Below are positions 26,237-38,213 of a stretch of 51,206 bases of DNA, piece after piece. The stretch spans positions 1-51,206 of the forward strand of contig JAIEQN010000060.1 of the NCBI GenBank assembly GCA_019747685.1, written 5' to 3'. The DNA comes from Gemmataceae bacterium (GTDB taxonomy: Bacteria > Planctomycetota > Planctomycetia > Gemmatales > Gemmataceae). Made by a program: the position numbers and the translations under genes. The notes beneath the pieces are model-generated. The model saw only the letters and a program-made list of their open reading frames with translations. It was not told where the DNA came from and did no database searches. The stretch's first letter is position 1. Each line of letters begins with the position of its first letter.

Positions 26237-26696
26237 TCACGCCCGGATGAGGGGCGAGAGTTCCGCACGCAAACGGACTTTCGCCCGGTGCAACCGCACC
26301 TTCGCCGGCGCCGGGCTGATCCCGAGCCGGTCGGCCACCTCGTCCGTGGACAACCCGTCGAAAAGCCGCAACCGGACGACCGCCCGGACGACCGCCGGCA
26401 GCCGCTCGACGCCGGCCCGCACCCCTCGGCCGTCCTCGCTCACGCTGAACGCTTCGAGCGGGGACGACGAGCCGTCGGGGACGTCCGGGGGAGGGGTTGA
26501 GCGCGTCGGTAACGCCGGCGGCACCACCGCAGCCGCATCAGGCAGACGTTCACCTGGATGCGGTGCAGCCAGGTGCCCAGGGCGGCGGTGCCCCGGAACG
26601 TGCCGATCGTCTTCACCACCGACCGGTGGCGGTGGTTCCGCGTACCGCGGCATACGCTCGCGGATCAGGTGTGGCGGACGAAGGGGGTGCGGGTGT
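26237..26696 (-). pseudogene. ECF sigma-70 factor remnant
   Basis: Region 2 (FRGTAALGTWLHRIQVNVCLMRLR) and region 4 (LRLFDGLSTDEVADRLGIS..KVRLHRA) lie in different frames; N-terminus missing. Confidence 0.75.
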
Positions 26697-26919
26697 GGGC
26701 GGGCCACGCGGTCAAGCCCTTGACCACAACCCCGTGGTCGGCGGCGAACAGCACCACCCGCCGGGGCGTGGTTCGCGGGGCCAGCGTCCGTTGGATCACG
26801 CACAGCCGAACGGCGAGGTCTTCCAGCCGCCCCAGACTCCCCGGCGGTTTGACCAGGGCGTCCAGATGCGCGCGAGCGAGTGGGGGGTCATTCCGATTCC
26901 CGGGTCGTTCGAGGCACAC
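26697..26919 (-). pseudogene. cobT: Nicotinate-nucleotide:DMB phosphoribosyltransferase, N-terminal fragment
   Basis: LDALVKPPGSLGRLEDLA and VLFAADHGV motifs, truncated after about 75 codons. Confidence 0.85.
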
Positions 26920-27091
26920 TCCCGTTAGCCGCCTGCTCGCGGTCGGCGAGTGAGTTCCCGAACGGGCAGTGTCGGCAGACGTTTCTGCAACAGTGGCCGC
27001 CCTTCCGGTGGTACGCGGCGGTGAAGACCCACCTGTCGTTCTCGACGTAGTAGTCGATGCCCTTGATGAGGGTTGTGTCCGGGCGGCTCAT
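26888..27091 (-). CDS. DUF5522-like small Cys-rich protein
   Basis: DYYVENDRWVFTAAYHRKGGHCCRNVCRHCPF; ATG overlaps the upstream stop. Confidence 0.8.
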   Translation of the reverse strand: MSRPDTTLIKGIDYYVENDRWVFTAAYHRKGGHCCRNVCRHCPFGNSLADREQAANGSVPRTTRESE

Positions 27092-27774
27092 CGGGTTCCT
27101 CCTTCCCCCGGAATCAGGTCGGCGAACCAGAACCCGTCCCGCTCGACCACGTCGCCCACCCGCACCGGGATCGGGCGGTCGAACACCGGCCCGGCGTGGC
27201 AGAACGTGTGGAACTCGCCGTTCTCGCCGCACGGATCGACGCCGGGCGGGAGGTCGGCGAGCAGCCCGAGGTCGAATGCCCGGCCCGCGAACGCCGGCGG
27301 CAGGTGTCGGGGATCGACGCACGCCAGGGTCGCCTTCAAGCCGGTGGCGATCATCGCGCGGGCCAGGGCCGGGGTGTCGTCCACCGTCCCCCAGACCGGG
27401 AACAGCGGCTCGATCCCGGTGCCGGCCAGTTGCCGGACGCGGTAGGCCCGGATGTCTTCGAGGAACAGGTCGCCGAACGCGAACCCGGTCACCCCTTCGG
27501 CGACCGCTTTCCCGATCACCCCCCGCATCCCGACCTCGTACCCGTCGTTCGAGCAGGGCCAGGGCAGCGGCACCCGCCACAGCGGCAGGCCGACGGCGTC
27601 GGCCTGAGCCTGCACCAACGTCGCCCGCACCCCGTGCATGGCCACCCGGTCGAACGCCTCGTTCAGGGTCGTCACCAGTCCGATCACCTCGACCTCGCCG
27701 CGCTGCCGCAAGACGTGCAGCGCCCAGGCCGAGTCCTTGCCCGAACTCCACGACAGGAGGACTCTCGGCTTCAT
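27088..27774 (-). CDS. Adenine nucleotide alpha hydrolase (PP-loop, DUF71/diphthine-ammonia ligase-like)
   Basis: SWSSGKDS PP-loop, RVAMHGVR, FGDLFLEDIRAYR, DPCGENGEFHTF. Confidence 0.9.
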   Translation of the reverse strand: MKPRVLLSWSSGKDSAWALHVLRQRGEVEVIGLVTTLNEAFDRVAMHGVRATLVQAQADAVGLPLWRVPLPWPCSNDGYEVGMRGVIGKAVAEGVTGFAFGDLFLEDIRAYRVRQLAGTGIEPLFPVWGTVDDTPALARAMIATGLKATLACVDPRHLPPAFAGRAFDLGLLADLPPGVDPCGENGEFHTFCHAGPVFDRPIPVRVGDVVERDGFWFADLIPGEGGTR

Positions 27775-28718
27775 GCCCCCACCGCCTCGCCCACGCCCAG
27801 TTCGGCGGGCGTGAGATGGCGGGCGGCGGGTAGGCCGCGCGGGAGCGAGTGGACGTCCGGGTGGAGGGCGTGGGCGAGAATCTCCAGGCTGTCCACCAGT
27901 CGCGGCCCCGGTCGGCTGAAGTAGGCGTTCCCGTCCGTGACGTACACCCGCCCCGCCCGCACGGCGGGCAGGTCCGCCCAGCCGGGGCGGGCCGCGAGGC
28001 CCGGCACATCGACCAGGGTGCGGTCCAGCGAGAAGCCGCAGCACGCGATGAACACCACGTCCGGGCGGGCGGCGACGACTTCCTCCCAGGTGAGCGTCCG
28101 CGACGGCCGCCCGGCCCGCCCGATCACCTCGTCCCCGCCGGCCAACCGGACCAGTTCCGGCGACCAGTGGCCGCAACTGAACGGCGGGTCCAGCCACTCC
28201 AGCAGGACGACGCGCGGGTGGGCGGCCACCCGTTCGGAGCGGGCGGCGACGACGTCCGTTCGCCGCCGCAGGTCCGACACGACGGCCTCGCCCCGGTCCG
28301 CCACGCCCGCCGCCCGGCCCACCGCCCGGAGGGTGTCCAGCACGCCTTCGAGGGACATCGGTTCGAGGTTGATGACCCGTGGGCGGCCCCGCAGCGAGCA
28401 GGCGACGGCGGTCACCTCGGCCTCGGCCACGGCGCACACGTCGCACAGCGCCTGGGTGACGATCAGGTCCGGGGCCAGCCGCTCCAGCGTCGGCAGGTCG
28501 AGGGTGTACAGCGCCCGCTGCGTCTTCAGCCGCTCCCGCACCAGGGCGTCGATGTCGCGGCTGCCGGCGTCGTGCGGGACGAGCGTCCGGGTGACCTTCG
28601 GCAGGTCGGCCACGAACCGCGGGTGGTCGCATTCGTGGGTGACGCCGACGAGGTCGTCGCCGAGGCCGAGGTCGCACACGATCTCGGTCGCGCTCGGGAG
28701 CAGGGACACGATTCGCAT
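27771..28718 (-). CDS. Cobalamin-binding protein (BtuF-like, no signal peptide)
   Basis: MRIVSLLPSATEIV, LVGVTHECD, TQALCDVCAV, EWLDPP..GHW.PE, YFSRPGPRL. Confidence 0.88.
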   Translation of the reverse strand: MRIVSLLPSATEIVCDLGLGDDLVGVTHECDHPRFVADLPKVTRTLVPHDAGSRDIDALVRERLKTQRALYTLDLPTLERLAPDLIVTQALCDVCAVAEAEVTAVACSLRGRPRVINLEPMSLEGVLDTLRAVGRAAGVADRGEAVVSDLRRRTDVVAARSERVAAHPRVVLLEWLDPPFSCGHWSPELVRLAGGDEVIGRAGRPSRTLTWEEVVAARPDVVFIACCGFSLDRTLVDVPGLAARPGWADLPAVRAGRVYVTDGNAYFSRPGPRLVDSLEILAHALHPDVHSLPRGLPAARHLTPAELGVGEAVGA

Positions 28719-28739
28719 TTCGCACCTCCGGTGAAACCA

Positions 28740-29303
28740 TCAGGACGCGACGGCGGTCGGGGCCGGTTCGCGGAGGACGGGGAAACCGCGTTCGGCCACG
28801 GCCAACGTGCCGAACAGGGCCGTGACGAAAACGGCGTCGCCCAAGAGGGTGTTCTGGAAGAACGGGATGGCCGCAACGTAGCACCCCGCGAACCCTTCGG
28901 CGGTTTGAGGGTACCACAGCCACCAGCAGGCGAAGTTGGTGACGACGAAGAACTGGACCGAGCCGAGCAGGGCGACGACGGCGGTGTTCGCCACCGTGCG
29001 GCGGGACCGCAGCCACCGCCCCAGGAGGACGTTGAGAGCGAAACTGCCGTACACGACTGGGATCAGAATGTGCAGGCCGAGGAACAGGTCGCTCAGGAAC
29101 AGCGCGGCTAGCGGGAGCAGCAGGGCGAGCCGGCGGTCGGTGAGGCACGCCCCGCCGAACAGGGCCATCGCCCCCACCGGGGTGAAGTTCGGCGGGTGCG
29201 GGATCAGGCGGGCGAGGGCGGCGGACGCGACCATCGCGGCGAGGACGGTGACACGGGGCCAGGGCGAGAACCCGGCTTCGGTCGGGGAAATGGGAGGCGG
29301 CAC
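28740..29303 (-). CDS. DUF6580-like membrane transporter (ECF S-component-like, probably B12)
   Basis: RLIPHPPNFTPVGAMALFGG, LSDLFLG, FFVVTNF, CYVAAIPFFQNTLLGD. First gene after the riboswitch. Confidence 0.85.
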   Translation of the reverse strand: MPPPISPTEAGFSPWPRVTVLAAMVASAALARLIPHPPNFTPVGAMALFGGACLTDRRLALLLPLAALFLSDLFLGLHILIPVVYGSFALNVLLGRWLRSRRTVANTAVVALLGSVQFFVVTNFACWWLWYPQTAEGFAGCYVAAIPFFQNTLLGDAVFVTALFGTLAVAERGFPVLREPAPTAVAS

Positions 29304-29440
29304 AGGTCAACTCCTCTTCGCCGGGACGGGCGAAAGGGTGCCTGCGGGTGGCCGGCGACGGACGGACAGGGTGTGCGCGACGGCGCAGACGGAACGGCCT
29401 GTCGGTCCGGTCGCCTGGGTCCGAGGCACCGAACAACGTG

Positions 29441-29725
29441 TGACAGGCAGGTCTTCTGGCTTACGGCTCGTAGCGAGGTCCGGGCGGCCTTCCCGTGACG
29501 GGCGTCACAGTGGCGAAGAATGCCCGGACCTCTGGCCGAATACAGCAGCGGCCCTGCGCCGGACTCTCACCGGCTTCCCTTTTCATCGCCCCGCACGCAG
29601 CGGGGTGAACCGGCTTTGCACAAAAACCCCGCCGGAGGCGCCAAGAATAAAGACTTACGGCAAACCAATAAGGACTTACGGCGAAAATTCGGGGTTTTTG
29701 TGCAAAGCCGGGGTGAACCTGTCGA
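29441..29725 (-). ncRNA. Cobalamin (B12) riboswitch, interrupted by a MITE
   Basis: Minus strand: GACAGGTT...AAAAGGGAAGCCGGTGAGAGTCCGGCGCAGGGCCGCTGCTGT...GCCACTG...GGGAAGG...AGCCAGAAGACCTGCCTGTC (B12 box). Upstream of B12 genes. Confidence 0.92.
29612..29709. mobile_element. 98-bp MITE with 20-bp perfect TIRs and 10-bp target-site duplication
   Basis: TIRs GGCTTTGCACAAAAACCCCG / CGGGGTTTTTGTGCAAAGCC; GGGGTGAACC duplicated at 29602-29611 and 29710-29719. Confidence 0.9.
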
Positions 29726-30175
29726 CGAAATACTTTGTATGCCTCCTGCAATACATCGGCCACGGACCACGTCCACTGGCACACGCACCCGGACCGAGTG
29801 CCTCAGCCGTCGGTCCGCAATCTGGGGAGCATGGCCGAGTGCTTCAACAAATCGGCCCATCAACTGAACGGGTTCATCCTGGTGATCGTCGGACAGGCCG
29901 CCGACCCGGCTGAGCTTTACGTCAGTGTTCACGATGGGTCTGGCTATTACCGCCTCATGCCGCGGCCGTGTGCTTGATTGTGGGTCGAGTCGCCGGAGTA
30001 CGAGACGGGTTCAGGGCGGGGCCGGATTATCGGCTCATGTCGTCCTCTCACAACTCCTCGCGGAAGCCACGGCCAAGGATCGCCGGGAGTGTAGCGTCGT
30101 GCGCATTGACATCTGGATGGAGGGGGGTCAAGAACGGAAAATGTCCCCGGAACCCACTCAGGCCCTTGGCCTGCG

Positions 30176-31765
<1,590 letters not shown>

Positions 31766-31774
31766 GGATGGCTC

Positions 31775-31831
31775 TCCCAGGAAGATGGGATCGCACATCC
31801 TGAGATTATGGGAAATCCCAAAATAATGGGA
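31775..31831. promoter_or_regulatory. Three palindromic enhancer (UAS) sites, TCCCA-N6-TGGGA
   Basis: TCCCAGGAAGATGGGA at 31775-31790, TCCTGAGATTATGGGA at 31798-31813, TCCCAAAATAATGGGA at 31816-31831. Confidence 0.7.
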
Positions 31832-31898
31832 GCGCCACATTGTCCACTGAGGTGACGCAAGCCTCTACCGGGATGTTACTTGTAGCAAAGTTTCGGCG

Positions 31899-31915
31899 TT
31901 GGCACGTGGCGTGTA
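31899..31915 (+). promoter_or_regulatory. Putative sigma-54 promoter for the second CMD operon
   Basis: TTGGCAC-GTGGC-GTGT: canonical -24, non-canonical -12, about 70 bp from the UAS. Confidence 0.5.
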
Positions 31916-31970
31916 TTCGGTGGAAGCACCCGGCTAGCGGGAACCCGACTTCAGTACAAGGAGAACGACC

Positions 31971-32516
31971 GTGCCTCGCATCCAACCGATCGACCCGGCG
32001 ACCGCCACCGGCGACGCCAAACCGCTGCTCGACCAAATTCAGAAGAGCTTCGGCATGGTGCCGAACCTGATGCGGACATTCGCCGTGTCCCCGGCCACCC
32101 TGAGCTTCTTCCTCCAGGCGACCGCCGCCCTGTCCAAGAGCACCCTCGGGCCGAAGGTCCGCGAGCAAATCGACCTGGTGGTGTCCGAGCGGAACGACTG
32201 CGGCTACTGCCGGTCGGCCCACACCGCCATCGCCAAGAAGCTCGGGCTGACCGACGCCCAGGCCGAGGACGCCCGCCGAGGCCGGTCGGACGACGCCCGG
32301 ACGGACGCCGCCCTGAAGTTCGCCGCCGCCGTGATCGACCGCAAGGGTCATGTGACCGACGCCGAGCTGGCCGCCGTCCGAGCCGGCGGGCTGACCGAAG
32401 GCGAGGTCGCCGACGTGATCGCCATGGTCAGCCTGAAGGTCTTCACCAACTACTTCGGGCACGTCGCCCAGCCGGACATCGAGTTCCCGGTCGTCCCCAA
32501 GCTGGCCGCGGCGTAG
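31971..32516 (+). CDS. Carboxymuconolactone decarboxylase / AhpD-like protein
   Basis: FGMVPNL, REQIDLVVSERNDCGYCRSAH, TNYFGHVAQPDIEFP; AAGGAG RBS. Confidence 0.92.
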   Translation: MPRIQPIDPATATGDAKPLLDQIQKSFGMVPNLMRTFAVSPATLSFFLQATAALSKSTLGPKVREQIDLVVSERNDCGYCRSAHTAIAKKLGLTDAQAEDARRGRSDDARTDAALKFAAAVIDRKGHVTDAELAAVRAGGLTEGEVADVIAMVSLKVFTNYFGHVAQPDIEFPVVPKLAAA

Positions 32517-32551
32517 CCGGCCCTTACCCGCAGCACCCCTGGAGAGCAGTC

Positions 32552-33283
32552 ATGGCGCTGGACATGAGGCGGGTCGAGGCCCGGCTGGGCGAGCTGTACG
32601 CCCGACACCACGGGGACGGGGTGAACGCGGTGGCCGCCGCGTTCCGGGACTACTTTACCGGCGAGGTGTTCCCCTCGGCGGTGAACGCGGCCATGCAACG
32701 GGGGCTGGACAGCCTGACGGCTGCCCGGCTCGCGGCCCGGGCGGCGAAGCCCGGGGACCGGGTGCCGGACTTCGAGCTGCCGGCCGCGGCCGGCGGGTCG
32801 GTCCGGCTCTCCGACCGGCTCGCGGCCGGCCCGGTGGTGCTGGTGTTCTACCGCGGCGGGTGGTGCCCGTACTGTAACCTACACCTGAACATGCTCCAGC
32901 GACTGTTGTCTGAGTTCCGGGCCGCAGGGGCAACCTTGGTCGCCGTTTCCCCGCAAGACCCGGACCACTCGCTGACCACGGCCGAGACGAACGGCCTGGG
33001 GTTCGAAGTCCTGTCCGACCCGGCCAACCAGGTGGCCCGGGCGCTCGGGCTGGTGTTCCCGTTCTCCGACGAGCTGCGGACTACATACCTGGGCAACGGG
33101 GTGGACCTGCCGGCGTTCAGCGGGTCAGCCCGGTGGGAGCTGCCGATGCCCGGGACGTTCGTGATCGCCCCCGACGGGATGGTCGCGGCCGCCTGGGTGG
33201 ACGAGGACTACCGCACCCGGGCCGAGCCGGCCGCGGTGCTGGCCGCGGTCCGCCGGCTGCCAGCCCTGGGCGCCACGCCCTGA
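32552..33283 (+). CDS. Peroxiredoxin-like AhpC/TSA family protein
   Basis: PVVLVFYRGGWCPYCNL, WELPMPGTFVI, DYRTRAEP. Confidence 0.92.
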   Translation: MALDMRRVEARLGELYARHHGDGVNAVAAAFRDYFTGEVFPSAVNAAMQRGLDSLTAARLAARAAKPGDRVPDFELPAAAGGSVRLSDRLAAGPVVLVFYRGGWCPYCNLHLNMLQRLLSEFRAAGATLVAVSPQDPDHSLTTAETNGLGFEVLSDPANQVARALGLVFPFSDELRTTYLGNGVDLPAFSGSARWELPMPGTFVIAPDGMVAAAWVDEDYRTRAEPAAVLAAVRRLPALGATP

Positions 33284-34441
<1,158 letters not shown>

Positions 34442-34497
34442 CCCGTCGTCCGACGCGATCGCGGCGTGGCGGATCAGGATGCGGTGGCAGTGGGCGT

Positions 34498-35859
34498 CTA
34501 CTTCGTCGCCGCACCGGGCATCGCCGGCATCGCCAACGGCCCGGGGGCGGTCAACCCACCGGCTTCCGGCTGTCGGGTGTCGATCGCCGGGCCGTTCCGC
34601 TCCTCGGTCAGGGTCGTGCCGAACCGCTCACGCACGGTCTCCCCGGTCCCCGCCCCGGGCGGCGTCGACCGCCACGCCCGGCCGCCGACCGCCAGTTGGT
34701 ACCCCTCGCCGTAGAGGCGGGTGAGCGGCCCCGGCTCGAACTCGGTGGCCGACTTGGGGGCGTCGAACCCCTCCGGGATGGCCGTCTGCCGGTACTCCAT
34801 GCCGGCCAGCAGGCAGCCGGTGTAGATGCGGAGCAGGTCGCCCCGGGTCTGGGCGTAGATGACGGCCGACACGCTGCTGCCGGCGATCCCCAGCGCGCCC
34901 GTCTTGAGCGGGGCCGGGTCGGCGTACAGCTTGCCGGCCACCACGCACCACACCCGGGTGCCGGCCAGCGCCGTGCCGTTCGCCATGACGCCGGCGTCCG
35001 GGTGGTACGGCGGGCGGAAGAACAGGCCCTGGCTCACCCCCCCGTCCCCGTGCTTCTCCACCAGTTGTCGGCCGTCCACCGTCACCGGGATGTCGCTGTG
35101 CGGGAAGAACCCGGGGATGGCCGACGACCCCAGCAGGATCCGTTTGACCAGCTCCCGGCCGGCGGGTCCGTCCCGGACGGCGATGGCCCCGAGGTCCCAC
35201 ACCACGAACCGCTTGCCCTCCAGATCGGTGGTGCCGACATAGAGCCGGCGGCCTTTGCGGTGTTCGGCCGCCAGCTCGGCCATCAGCTCCGGCGTCAGGC
35301 TGCGGTCGATCCGACCGGCGAGCGGCGAGTTGTCGGCCAGGGCACCGATGAACAGCCCACGGACCGGCCGGCTGGTGTAGATGTCGGAGGTGCGGACGTC
35401 GGTGTAGAACCGCTTCAGGTCGGCGTCGTACTTCGGCCCGAGGAACGCCAGCGGGGCGATCAGCGCCCCGGTGCTGATGCCGGTCACCACGTCGAACTCG
35501 GGGCGGGTGCCGGCCGCCGTCCAGCCGACCAGCACCCCGGCGGTGAACGCCCCGTAGGAGCCGCCGCCGGACAGACAGAGGACGTTCTTGGGGCGCCGGC
35601 TCGACCGCCCCGGGTCGGCCCGGTCCGCCCGCTCGACCGCCATCCGCCGCACGTCGTCGGCGACCATCACCAGGTTGTTGACGTTGTACAGGGCGTCGGC
35701 CTCCCGCTGGGCCGGCGGGTCGATCAGGTCGCGGCTGTTCAACCCCACCTCGGCCGGGGTCGGAAAGCGGGCGGACGGGTCGCGGCTCCCGACGCAACCG
35801 GTTACCGCCGCAAGCAGCGAGAGGGCTGTCAGGCGGGGGACAGCCGTGCGGGATGACAT
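34498..35859 (-). CDS. Patatin-like phospholipase lipoprotein
   Basis: Lipobox VTGC; LSGGGSYGAF, GISTG, DGG. Confidence 0.9.
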   Translation of the reverse strand: MSSRTAVPRLTALSLLAAVTGCVGSRDPSARFPTPAEVGLNSRDLIDPPAQREADALYNVNNLVMVADDVRRMAVERADRADPGRSSRRPKNVLCLSGGGSYGAFTAGVLVGWTAAGTRPEFDVVTGISTGALIAPLAFLGPKYDADLKRFYTDVRTSDIYTSRPVRGLFIGALADNSPLAGRIDRSLTPELMAELAAEHRKGRRLYVGTTDLEGKRFVVWDLGAIAVRDGPAGRELVKRILLGSSAIPGFFPHSDIPVTVDGRQLVEKHGDGGVSQGLFFRPPYHPDAGVMANGTALAGTRVWCVVAGKLYADPAPLKTGALGIAGSSVSAVIYAQTRGDLLRIYTGCLLAGMEYRQTAIPEGFDAPKSATEFEPGPLTRLYGEGYQLAVGGRAWRSTPPGAGTGETVRERFGTTLTEERNGPAIDTRQPEAGGLTAPGPLAMPAMPGAATK

Positions 35860-35914
35860 GGGGCCTCCGGTAACAGCGGCCGGGACTGGTGTCAACCCCA
35901 CCCCTCCCGGCCGC

Positions 35915-36469
35915 TCACCGCGGCCGCGGGGCCGGCTCGGCCAGCAGCCCGTCGATCAGGCCGGTCAACTTCTTGTAGCCGGCGTCGCCGAGTTCGCCCT
36001 CCCAGGGGTGGCGGACGGTCCCGGCCTTGTCCACAAGGTAGACGCACGGCCAGTAGCGGTTCCGCCACGCCTTCCAGGTGGCCCCGTCGTTATCGACGGC
36101 CACCGCGAAGGTCAGCTTGTTCTTGGCCATCCGCTCCTTGATCCGGTCCACGTCCTTCTCGGCGTCGAACTCCGGGGTGTGGACGCCGACCAGCAGCAGC
36201 CCCTTGTCGTCCTTGTACCGGTCCTGCCAGGCCCGGTAGTGCGGGTAGTTGTGGACACAGTTGATGCACCCGTTTGTCCAGAAGTGGAGGACCACGACCT
36301 TCCCCTTCTGGTCGGACAGCTTGAGCGGTTTCGTATTCACCCAGCCCGTCACCCCGTCGAATTCCGGGGCCGGCGTCGGCCGGTCGGCTCCGCCGGCCGG
36401 GGCGGTGCAGAGGACGGCCCAAATCCCGAGACCGACCGTCCCGGCCGCGATCACCCACTTGACGGACAT
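35915..36469 (-). CDS. Exported redoxin (DipZ/TlpA-like thioredoxin fold)
   Basis: Signal peptide; WVNTKPL, HFWTNGCINC, GVHTPEF, NRYWP. Confidence 0.9.
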   Translation of the reverse strand: MSVKWVIAAGTVGLGIWAVLCTAPAGGADRPTPAPEFDGVTGWVNTKPLKLSDQKGKVVVLHFWTNGCINCVHNYPHYRAWQDRYKDDKGLLLVGVHTPEFDAEKDVDRIKERMAKNKLTFAVAVDNDGATWKAWRNRYWPCVYLVDKAGTVRHPWEGELGDAGYKKLTGLIDGLLAEPAPRPR

Positions 36470-36485
36470 GGCGTGCTCTCCGTGT

Positions 36486-36517
36486 GACGGCCGGACGGCC
36501 GGACGGCCGGACGGCCG
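36486..36517. repeat. Tandem repeat (GACGGCCG)4
   Basis: Four perfect 8-mers in the divergent intergenic region, just upstream of the redoxin RBS. Confidence 0.85.
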
Positions 36518-36645
36518 GTCGGGTTGGATGCCGGCGGCGGGTGCCGGGTTACGCCCGGCCAGGGAACCCGGCCTCGCCGCCGGCCGACGGTCCGGGTATG
36601 TGTGCGCCGGTGACGACCGACACGCCGGCCGAGACGGGTCCGTCC

Positions 36646-37494
36646 ATGCCGCGGACGCTCTATCTGATGCTCGCCGCACTCGCCGTCGCGGCCGGCGGGT
36701 GCCAATCGGTGGAACGGCACCTCGTCTTCCGCCCGACGCACACACCCGAGCCGTCGGACGGGGCGGCCGGCATCCCGCTGTCGGGTACCGCCCCGGACCG
36801 GCGGGCGTACCCGCTCGACCTGACGACGGCCGACGGGACGCCGGTGCGGGCGTGGTGGTGTCCGGTCCCGGGGGCCGGCGAGGCGGTCCTGTACTGCCAC
36901 GGGAACGCCGGCGACCTGTCCGACCGGGCCGAGCCGGTGGCCCGGGTGATGGCCGAACTCGGCCAATCGGTACTGGTGTTCGACTACCCGGGGTACGGGG
37001 GGAGCGGCGGGCGGCCGTCGGAGGCCGGGTGCTATGCCGCGGCCGACGCCGGGTACGACTGGCTGACGGCTAACGGGTTCCCGGCCGACCGGGTCACGCT
37101 CGTGGGGGTGTCGCTCGGCGGCGGGGTGGCGGTAGACGTGGCCTCCCGCCGGCCGGCCCGGGCGGTGGTCCTGGTCAAGACGTTCACGAGCGTCCCGGAC
37201 GTGGCCGCCCACCTGCTCCTCGGCCTGCCGGTCCAGCCGCTGGTGCGGACCCGGTTCGACAGCCTGGCCAAGATCGGCCGCTGCCCGCAGCCGACGTTCG
37301 TCGCCTCCGGCACGAAGGACCGGCTGATTCCATTCCGACAGGGCGAGCGGCTGTTCGCGGCCGCGGCCGGCCCGAAGCGGTTCCACCCGATCGCCGGCAG
37401 CGACCACGACGACCCGCTGACGGCCGGCTTCTTCGCCGCCCTCCGGGACTTCCTGGACACGGCCGCCACGCTCCCGGCCGCCGGTGGCCCGTAA
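36646..37494 (+). CDS. Alpha/beta hydrolase lipoprotein (ABHD13/17-like)
   Basis: Lipobox AGGC; YCHGNAG, DYPGYGGS.GRPSEAG, GVSLGG, GTKDRLIP. Confidence 0.9.
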   Translation: MPRTLYLMLAALAVAAGGCQSVERHLVFRPTHTPEPSDGAAGIPLSGTAPDRRAYPLDLTTADGTPVRAWWCPVPGAGEAVLYCHGNAGDLSDRAEPVARVMAELGQSVLVFDYPGYGGSGGRPSEAGCYAAADAGYDWLTANGFPADRVTLVGVSLGGGVAVDVASRRPARAVVLVKTFTSVPDVAAHLLLGLPVQPLVRTRFDSLAKIGRCPQPTFVASGTKDRLIPFRQGERLFAAAAGPKRFHPIAGSDHDDPLTAGFFAALRDFLDTAATLPAAGGP

Positions 37495-37544
37495 CCGGCC
37501 ACGGGGGCGGGGCATCCAACCCGCACACAACTGGGGAACCGCCC

Positions 37545-38213
37545 GTGATCCGACGACTTGCGTGGCTGACCATCGCCGGCCTGACCGCGGCCGGCGTGCT
37601 GCTGGCCGTCCCCCGCCGGGCGTTCACGCCGCCGGCCGACTTTCCCGCCCCCGAGCCGGCCGCGGTCGACCCGGACGAGCCGACGGTCGCCACCTTCGGG
37701 GCCGGCTGCTTCTGGTCCACCGACGCGCTGTTCCGCCGGGTGAAGGGTGTGACGGGGGTGGCGTCCGGTTACAGCGGCGGCACGGCCGCGGACGCCACGT
37801 ACAAAACGGTGTGCGGCGGCGGCACCGGCCACGCCGAGGCGGTGCAGGTGAGGTTCGACCCGGCCGTGGTGAGCTACCCGGAACTGCTGCACGTGTTCTG
37901 GCGGTCGCACGACCCGACCACCCCCGACCGGCAGGGGGCGGACGCCGGCCCGCAGTACCGTTCCGTGGTGTTCGCCCACTCCAACCGCCAGCGGGAGCAG
38001 GCCGAGCGGTACAAGGCGGCCATCGACGCGGCCGGCGTCTACCCCGACCCGGTGGTGACGGTGGTGGTGCCGTTCGCGGCGTTCTACCCGGCCGAGGGCG
38101 AGCACCAGGACTACTTCGCCAACAACCGCCGGGCCGGGTACTGCCGGGCGGTCATCGCCCCGAAACTGGACAAGTTGCGGGCGGTGTTCGGCGACAAGCT
38201 GCAGCCCGAGTGA
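37545..38213 (+). CDS. msrA: Peptide-methionine (S)-S-oxide reductase with N-terminal anchor
   Basis: GAGCFW, SGYSGG, TGHAEAV, HDPT, QYRS, FYPAE..HQDY, GYC. Confidence 0.93.
   Translation: MIRRLAWLTIAGLTAAGVLLAVPRRAFTPPADFPAPEPAAVDPDEPTVATFGAGCFWSTDALFRRVKGVTGVASGYSGGTAADATYKTVCGGGTGHAEAVQVRFDPAVVSYPELLHVFWRSHDPTTPDRQGADAGPQYRSVVFAHSNRQREQAERYKAAIDAAGVYPDPVVTVVVPFAAFYPAEGEHQDYFANNRRAGYCRAVIAPKLDKLRAVFGDKLQPE

Noticed and set aside
27775-29436. Long N-terminal extensions on called ORFs (27088-29436, 26888-28009, 46424-48394, 47746-48879, 50114-51172)
   Set aside because: They overlap upstream genes in other frames; better starts with RBS or stop/start coupling lie downstream.
29730-30170. 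Short ORFs between the riboswitch and the activator gene
   Set aside because: No recognisable motif or support; left unannotated.
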